NCBI GenBank assembly: GCA_964016885.1
Contig: OZ024743.1
Location: 274,660,001 to 274,724,000, forward strand
Direction: 5' to 3'
From: Eledone cirrhosa
Lineage: Eukaryota
DNA length: 64,000 bases
Shown: in pieces, positions 42,726 through 58,180 of the stretch
Numbering within the stretch: the first letter of the stretch is position 1
Layout of the letters: the number at the start of each line of letters is the position of its first letter
The notes under the pieces: generated by a model
Told to the model about the DNA's origin: nothing
Databases searched by the model: none
What the model saw: the letters and a program-made list of their open reading frames with translations, nothing else
Position numbers and translations under genes: made by a program

Positions 42726-44370
42726 TTCTGATTTTCACTATAAATATGTATATATATATAAATATATATATATGTTTGTGTATATATGAATACACACACA
42801 GGCACATATATACGCACACATTACTAGCAAGGCTACGCACATTAAAAGTTGCTTTTGTGTAGTATTGTTGTATGAAATATATAAGCATAAGATTGTCTCT
42901 AAGATAAACTATAGAAGTTGTTACTGTTTGATGCAAAAGATTCTGTTTCTTTATTGCTTAAAACTCGTTCCTTTTGTATAATATCAACAGCTGCAAGGAG
43001 CTGAACAACTTTGTTGAAAATGATAATATTGTTTTATTTTTAAAATATACACAACAAAAACAAAAGAAAAAAGGTTGAAAAAAACGAAACAAGCTTAGTC
43101 TCCACACCCTTAGTTGAAGAACACATCTCACTACGTCACTCCTAGCCCTCCATCCTATGGACAGGATGGCAAGAACATAGCGACGAAAAACTGTCAGCGA
43201 TATCCACTGCATCAGTCCTTCCATCTGTCGGGGCTCTTTCTTTCTCTGTAATGCGCTCGTCATTAGAGTGAGACTCTTTTGTGATGCGTCTTTTTGCTGT
43301 TTGCTATTTTAGTAGTCACGTCCCCTCTTTTACTCTCTATCCTTCTATAGAAGAAATCTACTGTGTTCAGACCTGGAGAGGAGATGGGTTTCGCCAGGTT
43401 CAAAAAATGCCCTAGAAACGTTGAATGGCGCCCCTACCACTCAAATAGAAGATACGATACCATTTGAATAGCAGCCTTGAGTGGATAGTAAGTTCTTCAG
43501 AGGAAAAAAAGTCCTTGTATCTGAATGAAAGATTGCGGCTATAGCTGTTTGTCACTCATGGCATGCTATTTTTGCTGTTTAGTATCACGTCAGCCCTAAT
43601 CGGACACAGCTATCCAACCTGGCCCTATTTAACAATTGCGTGTCGTTAGCGAATTCTATTTTGAAGCTAACATTCAGCCTATATCTTCAATCTAAAGATC
43701 CCTTCTTCCCTTTTGCCCATTCGACATAAACGCCCTGAAGATGGTCATGGACGCTTCTCATCCCTCTTGTATGTCATGTGAAAATAAAAAAAAATAAAAT
43801 AAAACGGGCATTCCTTTCATGATTCATCCACTCGTCGATAAAATTATGTACCCGCCAAGTACTGCATTTCATATAATATCTGTTCCCTACTTCAGAGGCC
43901 ATGAAATCAATATAAGGCTGAATCAGTCGGGTCAACGTGGGAGCCTCTATGCGAATGAAATACCGGATAGATATAGTAGTCAAATATTCCTCTTACCATA
44001 TCATAACTTCTTTAAAGAAAAAAGGATACATGTGATGATATCATCCAAGATACATTAACAACCAAATACCAACGAGGAAGCCTATAGATAGTCAATTGAT
44101 CTGCAAGAAACAACAGTCACATCCTACTGTGCTGGCTAGATATTAGATAATATAAGAAGTACGAAGGCGTGATTATCAATGGCTTGAATTACTTTGATCA
44201 TAAATTTGCTCAATCGTGGTTGACCTGGAGTTAAACAACAACAACAACAACAACAACAGCAGTAGGAACAACAGCAACAACAACAACAACAGCGATGATA
44301 AAACAAGAAACACAGCAGCCGCTAAAGAGATTTTGAAACCATAGCTACTAAGTTGAAAAAGGTAGACAAA

Positions 44371-44559
44371 TATTGTTTTCTACTTTGGCACAAGACCAGC
44401 GATTATCCCAGTGTATTACTGGTACTTTATTTTATCGACCCCGTAAGGATGAAAGGCAAAGTTAACCTCGGCGGGATTTGAACTCAGATCCTAAAGGGCC
44501 GTAACTCTTTTGCTGCAAAGCATGGCGTCAGACCCTCTACCGATACTGCCAATCCACCA
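44371..44559 (-). mobile_element. SINE family 1 copy
   Basis: Homologous to 36078-36272. Confidence 0.85.
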
Positions 44560-45104
44560 TGTAGACAAATATTAATACTACGTCTTCATTGGTGATACTA
44601 TCTGCCAGTTGCAACACTTGTCAGAAGGAAGCGAGATTTAAGCTGAGAACGTATAAAGCCGGATCAGATACCGCAGAGCACCTTGTCTAATTCCTTTACA
44701 ATTCCGCCACTCAACCGCCTCTGGGTTGGTACATTATTTATAATAAATACCGAAAGGATGAAAGTAATGTTGGCCTCGTCAGGATTTGAAATCAGAACAA
44801 AGTTAACCAGAAAAAATACCAAGGCATTTAATCCGAAGCCCTAACGACTCGACCAAATATTACTTGAAATAAATCTTTCTCAGTAAAACTGCAGATGATG
44901 AAAACAATGTAAAATATCAGTCAAACTGTCGGCTTGTAAAATCATCTGATAGGGCGACGGAGTTACGTTGCAAACTGTAAAAGAATGCGCGTATATCTCT
45001 ATATCTTTATATGCATTCTTGCATAAGTGTGAAGATACGTGGAGTATGTATAAATGAGTATGTTTATGTGTGTGTGTTTATATGCATGTGTCTATGGCTG
45101 AATT

Positions 45105-45197
<93 letters not shown>

Positions 45198-45380
45198 GTG
45201 TGCGTGTGCGTGTGTGCGTGTGTGTGCGTCTGTATGTGTATGTGTTTAAATGTGATATATTAAAATATGATTGATGAGAAAATGTAGGTATGTGATATTT
45301 ATGTATTGGTGACTTTAGCGTTTTTGTGTGCGTTTGTTTGAGTAGATTTATCAACTGATATATAGTATGTCAAACGTAAC

Positions 45381-45466
<86 letters not shown>

Positions 45467-45483
45467 ATGTATATATATATATA

Positions 45484-45549
<66 letters not shown>

Positions 45550-45753
45550 TATATAGACAAACGTATACCCATCTTACTTTTCACACACAATATATAAATT
45601 TAATTGTAGTTGACCTATATATACGTGTATGTATATGTATGATGACGTGAGTGCAGATATATATATATATATATATTCAACAATAGGTGGAGGCAAAAAT
45701 ATCTCAAAGGAAAGCCCTGCACCATCTATATATATATATATATTTGTATATTA

Positions 45754-45790
45754 TTTGCCTCTCACTATATTTAGCATATGAAAACCTCTA

Positions 45791-45829
<39 letters not shown>

Positions 45830-45863
45830 GAGTTTTTCGTATGCTAAATATAGTGAGAGGCAA
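45754..45863. repeat. Inverted repeat enclosing a (TA)n tract
   Basis: ttgcctctcactatatttagcata...tatgctaaatatagtgagaggcaa. Confidence 0.7.
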
Positions 45864-45976
45864 GCCTTCAATGAACCGAAAATATCCTTGCAGTTTGAAG
45901 ACAAAGTCTCCTTTTATGGATGTTCAAATCAAAAGAGAGAAGATACTTATAGATTCAGTTGGCCTAAATCATAATA

Positions 45977-46016
<40 letters not shown>

Positions 46017-46188
46017 ACGTACACACGCACATATATACAACTATACTACAGCAGATACGCACGCCAACATCACTTGATCCAGTAGATGAAAGTTTCTGGA
46101 TAAAAAAGACAATAGTACAGAACAGTTATGTTTAAAAGAATAGCTCTCTCTCTATATCTCTCCCTCTCTCACCCCCTGTCTCATCTGC

Positions 46189-46311
<123 letters not shown>

Positions 46312-46424
46312 AATGAAAATATAGAAATTAATGTGAGCAAGAAGCCAACAGTATTTCATAATATATAAGTGACTATAACGTCAAAATGGAAAATAATTCA
46401 AACTCAATATATATATTATATTTT

Positions 46425-46550
46425 AGCCGTCGAAACGGCTTGAGCTCTGCCACCGGGGTCATACATTTTCCTATTACCCATTCTACTACCCTAAGTATTG
46501 AGTACTCTGGTGCGTTATGGTCTATCTGGTTCCTTATCACAACTCCTTCG

Positions 46551-46552
<2 letters not shown>
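46425..46552 (+). mobile_element. Family B monomer fragment ending in (TA)n
   Basis: gtcgaaacggcttgagctctgccaccggggtc...tattgagtactctggtgcgttatgg. Confidence 0.65.
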
Positions 46553-46620
<68 letters not shown>

Positions 46621-46648
46621 AAATGTGTGCGTTCCTTATTATAGTTAA

Positions 46649-46827
46649 AAGAAGAAAAAGAATGACTTCACTTGTAGTCGGTGTTCGAAACAATTATATT
46701 TTATAATTTTATAATTTTGTTATGTAGATCTATATAGCAAAATTACAAAATTATGTAATTGTAAAATCATAAAATCAAATTGTTATAGAATACCAACTAC
46801 AAGTGAAGTCATTCTTTTCCTTTTTTC
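46649..46827. repeat. Imperfect fold-back element next to (TA)n
   Basis: aaaagaatgacttcacttgtagt...actacaagtgaagtcattctttt. Confidence 0.7.
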
Positions 46828-47752
46828 AAATATATGTATAAGTTGCACAAGGAAAAAAAAGAACGGAATACGTTTACGAATGAACGAAACCACCTAACTT
46901 CCTCATCGGCCACCACATCGGGATTGTATTTTCGTGCATAAAGGTGGCAGTGCATAATATTGTGTCTAGGCTGCTTAGAACAGGGGACAACACAACAAAA
47001 TAGTGACAGTGGAAAACAAGTAAGTGTCTTCGACTAGGAGAGCAGAGTAAGTGCATAAATGAATGATATATATATATCTAATTATAACACACATAAACAG
47101 GTACTTAAGTTTCGTTAGCTTCTAGATCCCAACTCATTCAGCCTGTCATAAGATGAATAAAAATAAAGATGGCCGCCTGGGGTTGATTGTGCTTTCCTTT
47201 TAGAGATATATTATAAGAACTTAAACAAAGGCAAGTAATTTAGAAATTAGTTAGAAAAAGGTTGCTTTTATTTTTTATTAGAAGGTAAAATCAAGGGGGG
47301 GGGGGGGACTCTTGAGAGACCACAGTCAAGATTGAATGAAAATATAAGAAAAATATTTTTTTCTAGCTAGCTCAGAAAATCAGATTTCCTTCATATTCAA
47401 AATAGTCAGTAAATTAAAGTATACTTCTAGACCTCTTAGTCAGGTCTAAGCCATTTATCAAAATATACTTCTTCTCACGAAGACAGCCGCTAAAGCAATC
47501 AAGTCGTGTGTTGAGGCAGTGTTTATATGAAGCTAGTTGTGAGAGTATATATATATAGGGAGTTGAAAACGAGAAAGTGGACAAAGACGTCTGTGCTATA
47601 ATCACCTCTCTACTTCATAACAAGCCGGAACAGAGAATGTCTTCCGTTGGGACTGTACCTTATATGTGTTTATATATGTATAAATATATATATATATATA
47701 TTTATATATTATTTTATATATATATATATATTTATATATTTATATATTTATG

Positions 47753-47797
<45 letters not shown>

Positions 47798-47823
47798 TTA
47801 TATATATATATATATATATATAT

Positions 47824-47868
<45 letters not shown>

Positions 47869-47878
47869 AACACACACA

Positions 47879-47918
<40 letters not shown>

Positions 47919-49399
47919 TGTGTGTGTATGTGTGTGTGTGTGTGTGTGTGTTTATATATATATGCATATATGAATATATATATATATATATATATATATA
48001 CGCGTGTGTATGTATGCAGATGGAGAGAAAGAGATTGGGAGTTACTAGCTTGGACTAGTAAGATCATTGTTCAACTGAGTACTCAATACTTGGGAAAGTA
48101 GAGTTTTGTTATTGCAAATAGTTATTGCCCGACGGCTGAGCTCACATCGTCCCCACGATATATTTATATATATATGTGTGTGTCTGTCTGTGTGTAAACG
48201 TGTGTGTCTGCCTTTGTGCGATTGTTTAAAAGCCTTACTGGTGATCTAACTTATGAACGCCATTTAAAACTTTTACCTAAAGAATTATGTCTATTCTCCC
48301 GCTGCTATTTCTCTATGTTTGAAGTCACACAAGATGGTGTGCGTATGCGTGCGTATGCGTGCGTATGTGTGTATGCAAATGTATATTAATGTGTACGTGT
48401 TTGTGTGTGTCTCCATGTGTGTGTTGTATGTATGAATGCACGTATGTATATGTATAAACATACTAATATGAATATGCATCCATACACATGAATATAATGA
48501 CACACATACATACACACATACATACCTACATACATGCATACATACCCACATACATACATACATACATACTTACCTACCTACCTAGCTACATACATACATA
48601 CATACATACATACATACATACATACATACATACATACATACATACATACATACATACATAAATACATACATACATACATACATACATACATACATACATA
48701 CATACATACATACATACATACATACCTACCTACCTACCTACATACATACATACATACATACATACATACATACATACATACATACATACATACATACATA
48801 CATACATACATACATACATACATACATACATACATACATGTGTCTGCGTTATAAGTTAGCGGTTAACATTTAAATATTTTTAATATAAATATTATCTCAT
48901 ATTTGTGTTTACATAGTTATAATGCTTTATATTGTTTACATAATCTGTGTGTATGTCCATGTCTGTATGTCTGTGGGTACACGTGCCTGCTTGTGTGGAT
49001 GTGTACGCCTTTACAGACATTCAAAATCCACTTGAGAACAGCACTTTGTTCCAAACTGAGACATATTCTAAATCACGTCTATAATTCTTTAATTATAAAC
49101 AGGGAGCTAAGAGAAATATGTCATATAGGCAGTGGTATGACTGTAAATATTTCGGGTAAGTGGGGACGTGCTAAACGACGTCCAGAAAAATTGCCATGAT
49201 AAATATAGATTTGCCCCCTTAGTGTCATTCGTTATCGATTTTTAAATAAGATAAAAAATAATAACAAATTATCTTTTGTCAATATTTCTATCCACTGATA
49301 AAATGACGTTTGTGAACCCTCTGCTTCTTGGTGGGGAGTAAGAAATCTGAAACCTATCCGTAGCTTTCCGTCAAGATCGTATCATCTATTATAATTATA

Positions 49400-49519
<120 letters not shown>

Positions 49520-49569
49520 GTGTGTGTGTGTGTATACATATATGTATATATACATGTATATATATATAT

Positions 49570-49604
<35 letters not shown>

Positions 49605-49619
49605 CATATATATATATAT

Positions 49620-49652
<33 letters not shown>

Positions 49653-49713
49653 AATATACATATATATATACATAGATAGATATATATATACATATATATA
49701 TATACATACATAC

Positions 49714-49744
<31 letters not shown>

Positions 49745-50187
49745 TACATATATATACATATATATATACATACATACATATATATGTATATATATATATA
49801 TATATACACATACATATATATACATATATATATATACATACATACATATATATGTATATATATATATATATACGCATACATATATATACATATATATATA
49901 CATACATATATACATATATACATACATATATATATATACATATATATATATACATACATACATATATATATATATAAATACATATATATAAAGAGAGAGA
50001 GAAAGCACGGCATGCTACACATACATATGTATGTGCGCATGTGCATGCGTGTATGCATTCTCTTCCACTACTTGCATTTTCTCACACGATGAGCTGATAG
50101 TATCAAATGAAAAGCTCTGAGTGGCGACGCAATGAATCACAAGCTTCCTACAAATATGTATACAAATATGTATACAAATATGTAGGC

Positions 50188-50302
<115 letters not shown>

Positions 50303-51594
50303 GGTCCATCCCTGAATCTGTCTACATGTCTGCCTGCCGATCTGTCTATTGCCATTCACAAATCTTTTGCCTCCTTGATTCCAGTGTAACATTGTAACTA
50401 AGTTAAAACGTGTGTGACAAGTAAAGTTATAGAAATTAATCACCAATTCTACAGAGTTAATAATGGAGAAGTTGATGCTTTATATTGGACATTTCAATAA
50501 CAAGTGTTTGTGATATCAAACAAATGCAAACCACTTCTGGTCACTTGAGAAAGGTGAAAACCGAGAATATCTCAGTTATAACAATATAAAGAAGCACTAT
50601 CGATATTGATAAAGATTTGTAGCAGACTGAGGAATGTTAGGAATGTACCCCAAAGACAACCCACCAGCCACTACCCAAACACTAACAATATTACAAGCAT
50701 CACCAGCAGATTCATTGACTAATAACAACTACAGCAACAGTACTATCATCAGCCAGGCTGATTGTTAAATTATCGCTGACTGGTCATTTATGCAACTGTA
50801 TTTAGCGCTATAAGCTATTAAATAGATTAGAAATTGCTTCAAGGATGATGTAATGCAATCAATAATCTAATGAATAAGTGGTTAGAATGTTTGACTTTCA
50901 AGTTGCAGGGGTTGTGTCTTAGGGCAATGTTCGGTAACTTGCATTGGCAGGAAATTGACTATGAGGAATAACACTACTTAAAATGAATAAATTATGTAGT
51001 GAAGACGCGTGGCTTAGTGGTTAGAGAGTTGGATTCAATTCTTGAACAGGGTGATCGTTGTGTCCTTGAGCAAGACATTTTATTTCAAGTTGCGCCTTCT
51101 GCCAAGAGATGCGACCGGTAGATAGTATTAACAAGGAAAAGATCAATGGAAACATTGTTTCCTTGGTCCGATTTGACGAGGTCCATCCCACTCGGCAAGC
51201 GTATGAGCTCTAGTATCTTGTTGATCGATCTGAGAGAGAGATGGATGACTAAAATATATTTAACGTGGACGAATATGTTTCCTTATAGATAAATATTGTA
51301 TAATATTAATAATTTTACTGGTTTCTAATTTTGGCACAAGGCTAATAATTTAACTGAAAGCGGAACATCAATTAAATTGACCCCAGTACTTGACTGGTAC
51401 TTTATTTTATCGACCCGAGAATAAAGAAAGGCGAAGTTGACCTCGCTGTGATTTGAACTCCACTTTGTCTTTCATCTTCCCGTGGTCGATAAAATAAAGT
51501 ACGACATTAATAAAAAGAAAAAATGATAAAGCTGAATGTGAACGATGTAAACAGAAACAATTCTTATAATAATAGGTGCTCAGGAATTGATGGT

Positions 51595-51677
<83 letters not shown>

Positions 51678-51843
51678 TAAAATCCCATGACTTACAAATA
51701 TATACAATAAACAGTACTATTAGACACTCCACTCTTATTACAAAGAATACTTCCATATAATAGAAACAACAATACCACCAAAACCAACACTGCACATACC
51801 CAAGGCGCACAAAGCCGTGTTCATTAATGCACCAATAAAAATG

Positions 51844-52310
51844 ATTAACTAATAATAATTGTTTCTACTTTTGGCACAAGGCCAGCAATTACCCAGTACA
51901 TTACTGGTACTTTATTTTATCGACCCCGAAAGGAGGAAAAGCAAATTTAACCTCGGCTGGATTTGAACTCAGTCCGTAAAGGGACATAACTCTATGCTGG
52001 AAAGCATGGCGTCCGACCCTCTACCGATACTACCAATCCACCGCCCTATTATTAACTAATAATAATTGTTTCTACTTTAGGCACAAGGTCACAAATACCC
52101 AGTACATTACTGGTACTTTATTTTATCGACCCCGTAAGGATGAAAGGCAAAGTTAACCTCGGCGGGATTTGAACTCAGACCGTAAAGGGACGTAACTATG
52201 CTGGAAAGCATGGCATGGCTTCTAATTTAGGCACAAGGCCAAGAATGGGAGGGGAAAGTCTACTAAATCGACCCCAGTCTGTTACTGGTACTTTTTTTAT
52301 CGACCCCGCA
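51844..52310 (-). mobile_element. Three tandem or nested SINE family 1 copies
   Basis: Core ttttatcgacccc occurs three times; attaactaataataattgtttc repeated at ~51844 and ~52051. Confidence 0.8.
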
Positions 52311-52580
52311 AGAAGAAGAAGAAGAAGAAGAAGAAGAAGCGTAATCATCTGTAACAGCTGGAATGGTATATAAACATTGTTGTAAGTATATTTACAGATT
52401 GCTCACAAGGATAGATATAAGCACGTCCCAACACAATATCAGTGCTAGGATCTCTAAATATTGTTTAGAGATTTTCACACAGCATTTGTTAACCTTATCG
52501 TGTATCGTGTGTGCATGTTTTCTAAGATCTGCATAATTCCGTTTCTTGTGAGAAAGAAATTTTGGGGAGAATTTGGCAAA

Positions 52581-52630
<50 letters not shown>

Positions 52631-52643
52631 TTACTACTGCTAT

Positions 52644-52693
<50 letters not shown>

Positions 52694-52726
52694 TTACAAC
52701 TTCCTCTCATTATTGGTGGTGTTGTT

Positions 52727-52942
52727 AGGGCGGTGGAGTGACAGTATCAGTAGAGCGTCAGACACCATGCTTGCAGCACAAAGTTATGGCCCTTTACGTT
52801 CTGAGTTCAAATCCCCCCGAGGTTAGCTTTGCCTTTCATCTTTACGGGGTCGATAAAATAAAATACCAGTAATGCACAAGGTCGATTCAATCGATTTCCC
52901 CTCCCCCCAAATTGCTGGCCTTGTGCCTAAATCAGAAACCAA
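52727..52942 (+). mobile_element. SINE family 1 copy
   Basis: Homologous head, core and tail. Confidence 0.82.
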
Positions 52943-53337
52943 TATTAATGCTGTTGTTGTCGTTGTTATTGTAGGTGCTGTTGTTGTTATCGTTGTTGCA
53001 GAAGTTTGTGTTGTTGTCATTATTGCCTTTGTTGCTTTCGTTTGTTTTGTTTTTGGTGATGTTGGTGTTGTTGCTGTTGTTGTTGTTAGCGATTCTGCTT
53101 GTAGTGGTGGTAGTTGTGAGCACAATTCATTATGGTGACAGTGTTGGGGGCGATGTCACTACTCTCAGTGCGTTACTGGTATTATATTTTATCGACCCGG
53201 TAATGATGAAAGGCAAAGCTAACCTCGGCGGTATTTAAAATCAATATGTTAAAGGGCCGTAACTCTATGCCGAGACTTGTGGTATCCTTCTCTCTACTAA
53301 TTCTGCCAATCTCGCGTCCTATTAATAATAATGATGA

Positions 53338-53371
<34 letters not shown>

Positions 53372-54169
53372 GGTGGTGGTGATGATGATGATGATTCCTC
53401 TTATTGACCAACAAGGCCCGAGATATTGGGAGCAGTACAAGAACGAAAACCATCACAAAATGAGGCTTACATCGAAGACGGAGACAGTAGACATAACAAC
53501 AACAATAATAATTGTAATAAATAGTTATAAGAATACACAATAGTAACAAATGTCTAATGGTAACATTTCTCCAATAGGGAGGTTTGTGCGTCAGAGGAAT
53601 TTTACGGAATCGCCACACAAAATCCCGATTACTCTGTCGCTTCACGAGCATAGAAAGGGCTCGCTTTCGTTTTTTTTTCCTCTTTCTTAGAAAAGTATAA
53701 TCTTTGAAAATGCTAGTCCGTGTAATCTGACCATGTTCTTACCCACCTTTCATAAACCACAATGTAACTGCACTCCCAGCAAGCTTGCTTGATGATGAGG
53801 GGGATTTGGGGCACCCTGCCGAATGAAAAACAAAACCCATCAAAGGCCAGAGGTACTCAGGAGAGTCAACGGCCATCTAATAATTTTTTTTTTTTTTTTT
53901 TATTGTGAGGCGAGAGACTCCTGGTCTTCATTAAGAAATCTCTCTAGGAAAAGGTCACTCTGCGATTTCATTTGCATCCAATGAAGACCATGTCTTCTTT
54001 GGAGGAATTTGCATTCGATGTTCAGAAAGTGTGATTGGCCACGTGCAAAGTCTTTCCTCACTTAAAAAAAAGCTTCAAACACAGGCATTCGCTTGATATA
54101 TGACATTTAGGGATATGCAAGATGCAACCGGTACTATCAGTAAAACCCATGCTAGTCCTGTCAACTTAT

Positions 54170-54208
<39 letters not shown>

Positions 54209-54472
54209 GAGGGGGGGTAGAGAAAGAGGCAGACAGATAGGGTGGAATGATGGGTGATAGAGAAATAGACAGAATGATATATAGATAGATAGATATCTTT
54301 CTTTATTTGCCACAGGGGCGTATAAAAATGGGACATTACAAGACGTGACGGCGGGGGTTTTACATAAAATATTTAACAATGATAAATAACAATAAACTAT
54401 ATAAAAATAAAACAATTGAAATCCCCATTGGTGGTGGGGTAACGCTACTGCGGGGTTGTTTTACACCCCGTG

Positions 54473-54554
<82 letters not shown>

Positions 54555-54557
<3 letters not shown>

Positions 54558-54721
54558 ACAAAGAAAGTGTGGCAAGAAAACAGGTGGACCTTAACGCACC
54601 AGAGTACTCGATATTTAGGGTAGTAGAGTGGGTAATAGGAAAAGAGTCAGAACCCCAATGGCTGAGCTCTAGCTGTCAAAACGGCCGGAGCTCAGTCATC
54701 GGGACCCTGATACTTTCCCTA
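54555..54721. mobile_element. Family B fold-back copy in (GATA)n
   Basis: cgcaccagagtactcga...taggaaaagagtcagaaccccaatggctgagctc...ggccggagctcagtcatcggg. Confidence 0.65.
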
Positions 54722-55347
54722 GATAGATAGATAAATAGATAGATAGATTGATTGATAATGTTTTTGTACTCCCGGAGGAGACGTAACATAGGTCATCTTA
54801 GACATTTAAGTTGGTTCTTTTCCTATCATCTATCTCCTTGGCTATCAATCACGCCAGTTGCTCATCTATGTTTTTACTTTAACCAAACGACACAGATAAT
54901 ATATATATATATACACGGTCTCACAAACAGACACAAACATTCACACGCGTACACACACACACACTCACACAGACACACAAGCACACATACAGACACAAGC
55001 ACGACACACACAAACACATAAACACGCAAAAAAAACTCACGCACAAACGTACTTTGATAGTCGGTGATGGTAAAATACTTGATGAGGTAAAAGCTAGAAT
55101 AGGAAAGGTGGGGGAAGTAATAAAAATAATCTTTTCTCTTTTTTTTTTTTCAAATCAAATAGATGCGACTTCTCTTTGGGGATTATAAGTTACATGCATC
55201 TACAACAAGCAGACATCATAAATACATACACACACACAAATAAACACACACAAATACACACGCACACACACATACATACATATATATAAATATATATGTA
55301 TTTATAAGTGTATATATATATATATATATATATACAAATATATACAA

Positions 55348-55426
<79 letters not shown>

Positions 55427-55442
55427 TATACAAATATATATG

Positions 55443-55551
<109 letters not shown>

Positions 55552-56912
55552 GCACATACATATATATATATATACATATATACACACACACACGCATGCA
55601 TACTTTGTCAATGAGATTCCCGTGCGACATCGTCATGACAATAGTTCCCGCTTTAAGAAAATAGATAAGTCAAACGAACCGATGTAGATTCTCCTGTCTT
55701 ACTACCGAAACTTTTTTTATGGCTCTTCTATATGAGTTAATGTGTCATGCGTGAGAGCGTGTGTTTATGTGTGTGTGTTTGTGAGTTTGTGAGTGTGTGA
55801 GTGTGTGAGTGTATTCAGTGTATGTGTGTTTGTGAGTGTGTGTTTTTGTGTGTTTGTGAGTGTGTGAGTGCGTGTATGCTTGTGTGTGTGTGTATTTGTA
55901 TTTGTCGTGTATTGTGTATATGTTTGTGTGTTTGTGAGTGCGTGTATACTTCTGTGAGTGTGTGTGTGTGTGTGTGTGTGTTTGTATGTGTGTGTGTATT
56001 GTGTGTGTATGTGTGTGTATGTGTGTTTGTGAGAGTGTGAGGGTGTGTTTGTATGCTTGTGTGTGAATGTGTGTATGTACGTATGTGTTTGTGATTCTGT
56101 ATGTGTGTTTGTGGATGTGAATGTATGTTTGTGTGTTTGTGAGTGTCTGAGTGCGTGTATGCTTGTGTGAGTGTGTGTGTATGTGTGTGTGTGATTGTAT
56201 TTGTGTGTGTATTGTGTATGTATGTGCGTTTGTGAGAGTGTGAGTGTGTGTGTGCTTGCATGCTTGTATGTGAGTTTGTGTGTTTGTGTGTGTGTATGTG
56301 TGTATGTATGTATGTGTTTGTGATTGAGTAGGTGTGTGTGTGTGGATGTATGCTTGTGTGTTTGTGAGTGTGTCAGTGCGTGTATGCTTGTGTGAGTGTG
56401 TATATCTGTATGCCTTTGTGTGTGTGTGTATGTTCATGAGTTAGTGTGTGTTTTTGTGTATGTGTATGTGTGTCTATATCTGTGTGTGTGTTTATATGTG
56501 TCTGTGTATATGTATGTGTATATGTATGTGTATCTATATATGTATGTGTGTTTATGGGTGTCTGTGTATGTGTATGTGTATGGGTGTCTGTGTATGTGTA
56601 TGTGTATGTTTGTCTATATGTGTATGTGTGTCTGTGTATGTGTATATGTATATGTGTCTATATGTGCATGTATGTCTTTATATTGTTACTTTAAAAGAGT
56701 CAAGAGAAAAAAAATTAAAGTGATAAAAAAGTTGGAGTGTATGAGAAAACTGTATTTAACTATGTTGGGAGACTTTCATCTTTTATTTATTTGTTGGTTT
56801 GTTTTTGTTTTTTATACATTCATTCATTTATTTATTTGTTTAGGATTTTTTTTTTTTTAATGCAGGAAATATGGAAATTTATGGAAGTAATTTTTTTCTT
56901 TCTCACTACCTT

Positions 56913-57055
<143 letters not shown>

Positions 57056-57338
57056 CTAGCTAGCTATCTGTTTCTCTTCTCGTTATTTCGTTCTCTCTCT
57101 CTCACACTCTCTCCCTCTCCCTCTCCCTCTCTCACTCTCTTTCTCATTCTCTCTCTCACTCTGTCTCTCTCACTTTCTCTCTCTCTCTCACTCTCTCTCT
57201 CTCGTTCTTTCTTTCTCTCTCTCTCTCTCTCTCACTCTCGTAGATATATATATGTATGTATGGATGCGTGTATGTATGTATATAATGTACGTATGTATAA
57301 TATACGTATGTATATTATATATATATGTATGTATGTAT

Positions 57339-57935
57339 GTCAGGTCACCAGTTGGTGCTACTGGTAACATGTATCCCAGTACAACCTGTCTCATTTCGGG
57401 TCGTTGGCGACTAAACTGGCAACCCCACCAAGGTTTTTTGGTGAGGAGGATGACTTTGGATATCCTGCAGGACTAAAAACAAAACCTCTCAAAGGGCAAA
57501 GGGTCAATGGCCATCCAAAATCACCGGGAGAGATGACCCCTTAGCCTTTGTCAAGGCAGAATTCTAGGAGAAGGAAAACTCTGATATAACACCTGCAACC
57601 CTGATGGTATCCAATGATGTTGACTTGTTCTTCTTTTTGGTAAATATCATCTTGGTTAAGAGAGTGGGACTGGCTTTGTACAGTGCCTTTGCTCACTATA
57701 AAAGCTTCACGGCACAGGCATTGCTTTATATCTGGAGATCTCTCTGCACTTGTCGTCACAAGATAACATGGGCCCAGCACTATGTGTCAATAATTGTCAC
57801 AAGTGTAGTGTTTCTACCAGAGTTTTCAAGTCGCTGGCTGGACTAAAATGTCACACTCGTTCAGCGCATCGGTAGGGGTTCTCCTACATGGATATAAAGT
57901 AGTGGCCGTACTCGAAAACGAGTTGGCAGCCACCA
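57339..57935 (+). mobile_element. Second full copy of the non-autonomous RTE derivative, in (TGTA)n
   Basis: Colinear with the reverse complement of 40165-40773, with the same termini. Confidence 0.78.
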
Positions 57936-58145
57936 TGTATGTATGTATGTATGTATGCATGTATGTATGAATGAATATATGTATGTATGTGTGTATTTAT
58001 GTATGTATGTATGTATGTATGTATGTATGTATGTATGTATGTATGTATGTATTTATGTATGTAATATACGTATTCCATATTCTTATATGTATATATGAAT
58101 ATATCTATGTATGATGTATTAATGTAATATAGGTATGTCCATACT

Positions 58146-58180
<35 letters not shown>

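Noticed and set aside
42958-44058. Possible host exons in a non-repetitive stretch
   Set aside because: The short frames have no recognisable motifs and nearby stops, so they cannot be supported without transcript data.
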